This document shows positions 24,601 to 34,700 of a DNA stretch of 64,000 nt, in pieces. The notes under the pieces were generated by a model that was not told the origin of the DNA, made no database searches, and saw only the letters and a list, made by a program, of their open reading frames with translations. Origin of the DNA: Podarcis bocagei (taxonomy: Eukaryota). The first letter of the stretch is position 1; each line of letters starts with the position of its first letter. Position numbers and translations under genes: made by a program. The stretch is from assembly GCA_964188305.1 (NCBI GenBank), contig OZ076887.1; one strand, 5' to 3'.

Positions 24601-27259
24601 GCAGCAAGAAGGCAGGAGAGAATGAATATGTGTATGCTGCGAGACAGCATCAGCAAATTTATGTGTGTTGGCCACACCATCAGCTCTGGCCCTATCCACT
24701 CTGGTCACACTTACTTTCATTCTGAACCCTTTGGCATGTGGCCCCAGAAAGCTGGCTATGAGGGAATGCAGCCCCTGGGTTGAAAAAGGTTCCCCACCCT
24801 GATCTACAACATTTCAGGTCAGTGCCTTGCAGTTATTTATCATGAGTAACCAACTCCAAGGAAATCAGATTGCCAGACATATCCCATCAAACCATTCTGC
24901 AGGAATGGTTTTACATTTAATCTGAAAGACTGATTACACACAGCAAATCAAATGGTTAGTTATCAGCAGACGTTCAAGGACAAGGGCAAATAATTATGGA
25001 TGGAATTCAGCATAGTGCTAGGTGGGTATGAGTGAGGTCCGCTCATGCAAACGGGTTTCCAGTTTCTTCTGCCTGCACACCTCTTAAATATGTTCCAGGA
25101 ATTCCAACCCACCAGAACAGATTTGGGGGGTGTGCAGGAGGGAGGGAAGGTCCCATTGCATGTCATTTAATGACTTAGCTGAATCCCATCCATTGTTTAT
25201 TTATACACTACCTTTAGGTCAAATAATCTCTGAGACAGCTTATAACGCATTAAAAATACACAAGTACCCAGTGCCCCTTATTCTTCTGGACAGTGACAGA
25301 GACTGGCCCTTGCTTCTACAGTTCCATAACTGCTGATAGTTGCAGCATAGCCTTTGATGAAGTCCCATACACAATTGGGGGGGGGACCCCATCTAATATA
25401 GGACTACATTATAAGTGTTCTAATGAAGTAGAAATGTTTCACTGTTTTCTTTTGTATATTGAGCTTTATATTAACAGCACAATCATATGCAGTAGTACTC
25501 AGAAGCACGTCTCACTATGATTAGTGGTGATTAGAACTGCAGACTATTCCACAATGAAGGTTTTGTCAACATTAATGTATACTCAGCTAATATACATCAA
25601 CACAAACCTGACGAGTTGTATGGGTATAGTTCTCATAAAATGTTCCTAGAGCTGCCTAGGGACCACACAATTACACTTTAGTCAACTAAGTGCAAGAGAA
25701 AGAACTAACCACTTCTATTAGAGTTTTTTAGCTGTCATTTATATTTAACAGCTTCACACTTGTTTATTTTAGACATGCAGAGCAACTGTCATAGTAGCTG
25801 AAAGCGAATACTATTTACCTGATTATTTTGATGATGTCTGAATATGGTCACACTTCCAGTGGATGAAGCAGTCACAATTCTCTCCTGATCCAAAAACTAA
25901 GGGAGAAGAAATCCTCAAACATGTTAACACACAAATCTGTATTTACACAAAATTTGGTAAGCAAATTGTATCAGTGTCCCATATTTAATTTCCCCAACTG
26001 TAGAGGTTAGGAACTCCCTTTCTTACTGGTATAACTGCAACACCTTAAACTTTCTTAACATGGAAATTAAATGTCATTAAGAGCTATTTTTATAGCACTT
26101 TTACCTCCATATCCATAACATCACCACTGTGTTCAATATCACATAGCAGATGTGGTTCTCCATGGTATTCTCCATTTGGGGTCAAACTTCCAAAGTCTCC
26201 AACAGACCATATTGAAATCTTATTTTCCTGTAGGATTACAAGAAAAGTAAGCTCTTGTACCAGTATAAGAAAAACCAAACTTGGATAGCAACCTACTTCA
26301 GCTACACTTTCATTTTTCTTGCCAAGCTAAAAAAGTGTCCCAAATACCACAGTATCATCAACAAATATATGGAGTTAAAAGTTAGATACAAAACACTATA
26401 TATTGTGCACACCACATAGAGGTAAAAAGAATGGAAACACAAAACTGCTGGATTTTCTTTTTTACACACGTAGTACCTAGTGATCTGTCAATAGACAGCT
26501 TACCAGGTTTCTATAATTTTGTACAAAAGCTTTCAGTGATCACATAATCTACCTTATTGCATTAGTGAGGAGAGGGAGCAAACAGAGAGAAAGCTATTAA
26601 ATTACACTTCCAACACAGAATGAAATGATTATTAGTATATGCCAGTTATTTCTAAGCCACCCCACACCTTAATTACAAATGGCTAGTAGTTGTTTTAATC
26701 GTTCATTTAAAAAAAAAAAAGAGGGAAAGGGGGGGGAAGAGTTCATTTTCTAGGGAAACCCAGCCAGATGGGCGGGGTATAAATTATTATTATTAATTTT
26801 TATTATTATCCTAACATTCTCACTGGCTCGGGGAGCTCAACAGTTAAATATGAACAGGCAAAATCACACAAAACACAAAAACCGCCCAGTTAAATCGTAA
26901 CTACTACTACAAGTTGAATAAACTAAAGAAAAAATATGGGGTCTGGGGCTTCGACGGAGTCTAAGCGAATACAGCTCCACCCCCGAGATTCAGACACGGA
27001 AAACGTGCACGTAGGAACGGAAAGCACCGAAGACGGGGGGGGGGGAGTGCTGCACCCCCCTTTCCAAGGCAGCTCACCCTGAGGCCACAGGAGAGAGGGG
27101 CGGGGTGGAAAGGGGTGACGGGGTGGAAAACCGCGTTACCTCGTTATCCCACGAGCCGGTAGCGAAGACCTCGGGAGGTTGCAGGGCAGCGGCAGACACG
27201 GGCCGCCAGCGGGCCTTACTAACTTTCTGGGACACGTACTTGGCGGCCACATCCTCCAT
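18678..27259 (-). CDS. NUP43: Nucleoporin Nup43 (WD40 beta-propeller, Y-complex), 8 coding exons, 372 aa
   Basis: Exons 27140-27259 (MEDVAAKYVSQKVSKARWRP...ATGSWDNE), 26105-26227, 25819-25896, 23533-23701, 22037-22172, 21761-21912, 20755-20877 (WEVHFHPSNPDHLFTCSEDG), 18678-18895 (stop TAA). Total 1119 nt, in frame, all GT-AG. Confidence 0.96.
19072..19448 (+). mobile_element. Full-length Sauria SINE (NUP43 intron 7)
   Basis: tRNA-like head (GTTCGAATTCC), TTTACC tail, TSD CCTTCT(T/C)AACTTA. Confidence 0.85.
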
Positions 27260-27440
27260 GCTTAAGCGGGGAGAACCTGCCGCGTCTCTTACCTCCGCCG
27301 GCTTTCAAATGCGCCCTCTTGATTGGCTGACACACGTCACGGGAGACGGCGAAGGAAGCGGGACAAAAGCCTGCCAGGACTGCGCTGCTCTCTCTCAAGG
27401 AGGCGTTAGGCTCCCGAGATTACTGGGGGGAGTAACGCGG
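26950..27440 (-). promoter_or_regulatory. NUP43: NUP43 CpG promoter with CHR-like TTTGAA, CCAAT box and CRE/E-box-like site
   Basis: On the minus strand: TTTGAA at 27304-27309, AGCCAATC at 27321-27328 and GTGACGTG at 27333-27340, all just upstream of the ATG at 27259. Confidence 0.65.
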
Positions 27441-27874
27441 GATGCTCTACCTTTGGCTTTTCCTTTCGTTTTCTAATAGCTAGAATTGCAGGAAACGCTG
27501 AGGACCTGAGGTGGGATGTAAAGCATCTCCAGACGTTCCTTCCATGTCGGTTTCTCTCAGGACGTGATGGTGATGCCCCACATCTCGTAATATATGTCAA
27601 TACTGAGCACCCTAATAAAGACGAGGGACCTAATGGCACGAGGGAAGGCTTGGCTTCCTGTCATCCTTCTTGGCCACCATCCCATTATGTCCTACTATGG
27701 GCGTTGCCAGGATTTATGTTAAGACAGGGGCAGGACACCCACCTGTCATCATCAACTGGTTCTGTCTTGCAGATTTCGAATAAAATGTCTCAACAAGTTG
27801 TTTTAAATTACTTTCTTTTCACTCCAAGTGCTCAGAAAAATATCTCAAAATCTGCAATTTCTACTTTTAGTTAA

Positions 27875-28007
27875 AATAAACTGAAGAAGTGTGCATGCAC
27901 ACGAAAGCTCATACCAAGAACTAACTTAGTTGGTCTTTAAGGTGCTACTGGAAGGATTTTTTTTATTTTGACTATGGCAGACCAACACGGCTACCTACCT
28001 GTAACTG
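27875..28007 (+). mobile_element. Penelope-like element terminal-repeat fragment with hammerhead-like core
   Basis: CTGAAGAAGTGTGCATGCACACGAAAGCTCATAC...TTAAGGTGCTAC...AGACCAACACGGCTAC, flanked by the 13-bp direct repeat TACTTTTAGTTAA. Confidence 0.7.
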
Positions 28008-28723
28008 TACTTTTAGTTAAGTATTTTTATCTATTTACTTATGGGGGGGCAGCTGTCCACCCTGGCTACATCCATGTGTGCTACAGCAGCAACTGTAAAC
28101 ACACCTATTAGGAAATTCTAGTGAATAGAGTGGCTTTTACTTTTGAGTAAACATGCGAGGGGGATCATGCTACACAGTGTCGTTCGAAACACACTTCCTA
28201 TGGAATAAGCTTCGTTGAACTCGCTGTCAGTGGGATTAGCTGAAGAGTACAGTATTCATAGGCCTGTAAAGCTCCTTCCTTGTTTCTTCTACAATTTCTA
28301 AAGCCAGACCTTGGTACTTCAGAAACCACATCATGGTTTCCCCGATATGTCGCTTCAAAATTATGGGATGATAGTGTATTTATATGGATTGATGGATGTT
28401 TGCTCAGTTCTGGGAGAAAGATGTGTGTGTATACGTAAGTAAAATATGAGTTTTAGTACTTCATCAGCAAGAGAGACCGAAATGTGTTTGGTTTGGAGGA
28501 TTATTTTTTGTGCAAGACAAAAAACAGCACTCGATTTCATGTGATAGTCTCAATAGTATCACATCCATGCACCCAGATCTTACTTGCTCAGTCGTATGTC
28601 TCACTGTGTTCAATGAGGTTTATTCTCAGATAACTATACATAGGATTGTGGCTGTAAACTCAAACTGGGCCAGGAATTATTGGTTATTATGTACTTTCAA
28701 AAGCTATAATGGCTGGTGGGTAT

Positions 28724-28981
28724 TGTTAAGTTGTGGGTGAACATATCAGACAACACAGCAATTCTTCAAACAGCTCTTGTTTATTCACAGGGCAGAACAG
28801 GACTGAACTGAAGGGTTCAGCCAGCCTGCTTATATAGAGCTCCACTAGAACGCAACAGTAACCATTTTCTGTAACTATCCAATCACCGAACATCACTTTC
28901 GATCCCTTATTTGCATATTTGGACCTGAACTATCTACAGTATCCCCCTGCTGGCCCAGGGTGAGAACTTCAGTACATAACA
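28724..28981 (-). mobile_element. Solo LTR (258 bp) of an LTR retrotransposon/ERV
   Basis: TGTTA...TAACA termini, perfect 5-bp TSD GGTAT. Minus-strand order: octamer, CCAAT, TATA (TATATAA), AATAAA. Confidence 0.85.
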
Positions 28982-30429
28982 GGTATAGGCACACTTAGCT
29001 CTGCATAAAATTGGACTATAAAATAGTATAGCATGCATATTGGATAGCTTCTTGGCAGTTACTCTAGCCTCTATAAAAACTACATGATTTCAAGTGGTGT
29101 GGTAAGGTAATTTTAGACTCTGTACTTAAAAGTATTACGGAGGGTACCAGCTTTAGAAGGCAGTGTTTATTATTTTGTTACTTCAAAATGTGGTATATCA
29201 GCCCTGTTGAGTGGGGCCCTGAACTTCTGCTCCAAAGTTCTGCCCTCTAAGCAGTTTATGTAAGGTAATATTAAATATTCATAGGAAAATACTGATAAAA
29301 TCAACGCTTTTTAAAAAGTAGGCATAATATATCATAATATAGATAAAATCAACCTCCTTAAAAACTAATATACACAAAAATATTTTTTTTAGCAGACATT
29401 GCACACAGTACAACAAACAAGCTTGCCTATAGGCAGGGAGTTCTGAAGAACAGTGCTGCCATAATAAAATATTTATTTATCTCAAGTGTGCAATGAACAG
29501 TAAATGGCTCTTGTTAAAGTAATTCTCCCTCTCCGGTACATAAACTGCAGATTCTGGGGTTCTTCCTCATCCAAATCTAGGCAGAGTTGAGGAAGTGTAA
29601 GCAATTACCAATAAATTAATTAAAGAAGCATGTTTCCCTCATTCTCCTCACAGGTTAGATGGAACAGCATTCTTCACCCTCTCCTTGACTTGGCTGTTTA
29701 ACAAGAGTGCCTCTTCCTCTTTGGGTGGGCCTTATAACTTTAACCTATAAGTGTTATGTGTATACTTTAGGTGTGCCCTGCCTGGGGAGCTATGTGAGTG
29801 CTGTGTTGTGTGCGCTCCCCTTCCTGTCCTTGGTGGGTTATGCTCCAAAACAGTGGTTGTGAGGAGCATGAAGGGATTCAGATCTCTACCTGGAGGGATG
29901 CTTCAGAACTCACAGTAGGGGTCAGTTTTGGCTGTGCCGCTTGGGCTGATAAGAGTGAGGGCAGAGTGGCATCGCCATGGGTGTTGTATGTATGATGATG
30001 CAATGGTGTGTGCTACAGATGCGCCTATCTTGCTGAGAGTTCATTGGCTCCCTCCATGGGTGGGCAGCATGTGGGCATGGCTGGCATCGCAGTCGCAGCT
30101 TAGTGGGCACTGGCTGTTTTCAGGGGTGTTGAGGGCTTGTTTGCCATTTTCGTATTGCATTTTCTCATTGGGTGTGTTGTCCCTCCCAGCTGAGCACACA
30201 CCAGAGCCATCAGCAATTCCACAAACATTCCCCAGCCCTATCGTTTTAGTGGGCAACATCCTTGTAGCCCCTTTCTGTTGTTTCCACTGTCTCTTTTTGT
30301 ACGTCATTTGATTTTTTTTTGTTACGATTTTCTCTATGTTGTACCCAGTGCTGGGGTTGGTGGGCTATGAATCTTTTTTCTTGATACATAAATAAAAATC
30401 ATGTGGCCCCATTACAGATATGTCTTATG

Positions 30430-31700
30430 TGCCGCCGCCACCACACTACAGAAAGCGTTATGCGTCCAGCCAGGCGAGTATGTTGCGCTTTGCTCCCTGC
30501 CGGCGACACTGCGAGACTTTTCACCCCCTAAAACTGAGCTCTGCCTCAAACGCCTACCCACATTGCACTGCAAATAAAACTGCAAATGTGCCTTATGGGC
30601 CATGCCGCTGTTATTTATAGCCCGACAGGAGAACCAGTCACATGCTTCCGTTTAAAGGAGCAGCCAGCTTCCCACAACCTCGGCTGTGAAACCCCTCGCC
30701 GTCCTCCGCAACCCCAAGAACCCAGCCTTCTACCCCACCCCTCCGCTCATCACCAAGAGGTTCCCCCCTTCCCGGCCCGCTCCCCTTTATTCCATGTACT
30801 GCGCCTGCGCACACCAGCCGCGGTTGCCCGGCGGCGGCGCCCGTTCAGAATGTCGAGCGCGCGGGGGGGCGGGGGAGCGGCCCCTCCCTCCGGCGGACGC
30901 GAGGCAGCGGCGGCGGCAGCTGCTGCTGCGGGAGGGAAGGAGGCGGCGCCTGTGTCGGCGCTGGAGGTTGTGTCCTTCCTGGGGAAACTGCTGTGCGCAG
31001 TCGCGGCACTGAAGGCGGCTCTCTACCTGCTCCGCAGAGTCTGTCTAGCTATGGCCTGGAAGTCAGGAGGCGCCAGTCACTCCGAGCTCATCCACAACCT
31101 CCGCAGTGAGTGCGTCTGTGGTGTGCGCGCCGGGGCCGGTGGCCAAGGAAGGGGGTGGGAGGAGGAGGAGGCAGAAGGAGGGGCCAGGGCGCGCGCAGTC
31201 CATTCATGTACCACACATACACAAGCGCGCGCGCGCGCGAACCCCGTCGCTAGGGAGTGACCGTTAGTTGTCGGCCCTCAGAAGCGCGCGCTGGGGTGCC
31301 TTCGCCAACGGCCTTCGCGCCTGGCGGCTGCTGGAGACGTGGGCGGGTGGGAGGTCGCGAGCACCGCGGGGGGGGGGTGGAGAGAGAGAAGAGAGTCCCC
31401 GCAGTCGAGCGGGTGTGTCTCGGTGCGGCGGGAGCTTGCTTGAGGGCGGTGGCTGCTGTCGGCCACTACTGGAAGAGAGCAGGGCTGAGTCCCTCCGCTG
31501 TTTCGCAAGCGGGGAAGCGGCAGCGGCAGCCTCGGCTGTCCACGCAGCTTCGCCGCTGGGCCCGGCAGTCGTGGTAGTCTCTCTCTCTCTCCCGGTTCCG
31601 TTTCCGTTTCCCGCGTCTTAAGGGGGAAGGCAGCTAAACGGCCGGCTCTCAGCTGTGAGCATCGCGCGTCGGACCTGCCAAACGTCTTTTTAATATAAAA
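30430..31700 (+). promoter_or_regulatory. PCMT1: PCMT1 CpG island with NRF1-type site
   Basis: High CpG density around exon 1. TGCGCCTGCGCA at 30800-30811. Confidence 0.75.
30850..31050 (+). CDS. PCMT1: In-frame 67-aa N-terminal extension of PCMT1 from an upstream ATG
   Basis: ATG at 30850 (A at -3) lies 201 nt upstream, in frame with no stop. It encodes a Gly/Ala-rich segment followed by EVVSFLGKLLCAVAALKAALYLLRRVCLA. Confidence 0.6.
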
Positions 31701-34700
31701 TAAATAAACATTATGCGGGTTACCTACTGCAGGGGGCATGTGCTATGTAGTATCCCACCCACAGGTAAACAACCGATGCATAGCTCACAAAAGCCGGAAA
31801 GTGCCAGGTTTTTCAAGTCGTTAAAGGCAAAGTTAGGTTTCAGGTTCATGTGACTGCAGAGAAGAATGAAACCATCTAAATCTAAAATGTCCCTTGGATA
31901 GTGTGGCAGCTGCTCTTTCGCTCTCCCCTCAGACATTATGCAACCGTCTAGTGAGTCTCTTGGGGTGCTTCTCATCCGTTCAGCTGTTAACATCTTTGTT
32001 TGCCTGGGAGCCACCACCCATGTTAATGTGTGCTGCAAATGCGAATCCCATAATGAGAAAGTTGGATGAAATGGATAATTTGTTGTTTTTATTTATTTAC
32101 AATAATTAATTAACAGCCTAATCAAAAAAAGTCACTTATTGGTGCACACAAAACTAATATCAATATACAATTCAACAACATTTAAAAGCAGGTACGCATA
32201 ACTTGTTTACATGGCCAGGTTTGCTGAAATAAAGTTTTTAGTCGGTGTCTAAAGCAGCATAATGAAGCTGTTTGTTCAGTGCAAGTTTTGCGCATTGAAG
32301 CTGTGGAAGTAGGCACATAAGGGGCTAGATGACCCCACAGACAAACTGCTCCCAAGCTGTTACGGGCTTTATATGCTAATAGTAAGACCTTGAACTTGGC
32401 CTGATAGCAAATCAGCAGCTAGTGCAGTTCTTTGAGTTGCTAGTAGGTTCTCCTGTCAGCGATAATGCTATAGCATTCTGCTCTGACTGCATCTTTCAGA
32501 GCAATTGCAAGGAAAGCCCTGCATATATCATACTTTAGTAATCCACTTTCAGAATTACTAATGCCCTGGGTTACTTTGGGCAAGCTATCCTAGTTGAGGA
32601 ATGGCTGAAGCTGGTGGAAGGTGCTCCTAGCTACAGAGATCACCTGAGCCTAGTTAGTGACAGCTGGATCCAGGAATAACCCCAGACCATTTACCTGCAT
32701 CTTCTGAGGAAGTGTAACTCCCATCCTTGGAGGCAACTGGCCCGTTTCTGGGACACAGGAACCACTCACCCACAGAGCCTCAGCCTTGCTTGGATCAAAG
32801 TTCTGTTTATATGTCCTCATCCAGCCTACCATTGCATCCAGGCACTAGGCCACCACTTGTGCAGCCTCTCCTGTTTCAGATTTTATTGAGAAATAGAGTT
32901 GAGTGTTCCAATATGTAGTCTTTTCATATGCTTTTTCTTACCCTGAAACTATCTTTTGAGGGGTGGGAAAGGCATACAATAAATTATTATCAGCATCTTG
33001 CTTCAAATGTCCTAATAACCATTCCTAGCAGTTTCATATAGATATTAAATAACATTGGTGATAGTATAACACCCTGTGGCACTGTCATGGGACGAAAAAC
33101 CAATTCCCCAGTCTTACTTTCTCGACTCGGTCCTGTAGGTAAAATTTCAAAAAATCTCTGTAAGCTATTTAGGAGGATAGCATGGCAGATAGATTGAGGA
33201 GGAGGGACTTATTCTTCTTGTTCCATTCTCAGTAAAAGTGATTTATAAGGGCAGCCAAGGCAGATTTGGTCACATGGCCAGGCCTAAACCCAGATTGGAA
33301 TCAGTAGATAAACAGTATCCAGAAATGCTTACCGGCACCTCCCCACTCCCCAATGTTAAAAGTGTGGCACTTACTGTATCAACTTCATGGTGAATTCTGG
33401 CACAGGGTTGATTTCTTTAGGAGTGGATGTTGTTTCTTTCAAGTCAGGGATCACCCCTTCACACTATGAAGTGTTAACCATGCCCTCAGTCCAACCAGTC
33501 ACACCCCTCTGCTAGATTTAATAAGCCAAGAAGGAGCCATGGTTTGGTACAGAGGAACAAATGCCTTGTTTACATCACCAGGCTGCATAAATCGAAAGTA
33601 ATCCCACAATATATGACAATCTGTGGTAGTGATACCACAAATATAAATTAGTGATGTCATTTGTTTGATGGAGTTGTGATTTTTGTTTATTAAAGCATTT
33701 GGGGCTATTACTAAATTATATGGGTTTGTACAAAAAGCACCCAAATAAATGAGCAGCAGATCTCGAAAGTAAGAATCTTGAGTTCCCATTCCTGCTCCAT
33801 GAAGTATTTTACAGGAGAAGCTGGTTGGAAAAGATTTATAGGTCTAAGTCAAAAATCATTTGCAGCAGCTCCTGCTGTCTGTTCCTGCTTTCATATTGCA
33901 ACTAAGCAAAAAGCTTTAGTATCCTGTTTGTTGTATTTGGGAATGCAGCAAGTGGTTTAAATAGCAGAGTAATAAACAGTTGGAAATTTTTTGAGATTTG
34001 TTTTATATTACATTGTATCTTAATACTTTTTTCTGTTATATATGTCTATAAACTCATTATAGGACAGCAGCTTTTAAATTTTGGAGGCAGTTTTAGTATG
34101 TGTCAGTCTCTACTTGCTAAATAATAATAATAATAAAAATAATTTTTATTTATTTATTCCCCACCCATCTGGCTGGGTTACCCCAGCCACTCTGGGCGGC
34201 GTCCAACATATATAAAAACACAATAAAACATCAAATATTAATATTTGATAATATTTGATAATACAATGTAAAAAACTCACAACATATCAAATAAATGACT
34301 ATTCAATAATCCATTAGAATCTAATAGTAAGCAGTTGTTTACCATAAATAAATTGGACATGTGGCTTTTTTATGCCTCTGACAACAGAGCAATTAGACTG
34401 CTGAGACCACATAACACCGATCCTGAAAGACCTACATTGGCTCCCAGTACATTTCCGAGCACAATTCAAAGTGTTGGTGCTGACCTTTAAAGCCCTAACA
34501 GCCTCGGCCCAGTATACCTGAAGGAGCGTCTCCACCCCATCATTCACTGAGGTCCAGCTCCGAGGGCCTTCTGGCGGTTCCCTCACTACGAGAAGTGAAG
34601 TTACAGGGAACCAGGCAGAAGGCCTTCTCAGTAGTGGCGCCCACCCTGTGAAACACCCTCTCATCAGATGTCAAGGAAATAAAGAACTATCTGACTTTTA

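Noticed and set aside
30586-30849. Further upstream part of the 224-aa ORF through PCMT1 exon 1
   Set aside because: It lies over and upstream of the NRF1/promoter region and has no recognisable similarity. Only the part from ATG 30850 is plausible.
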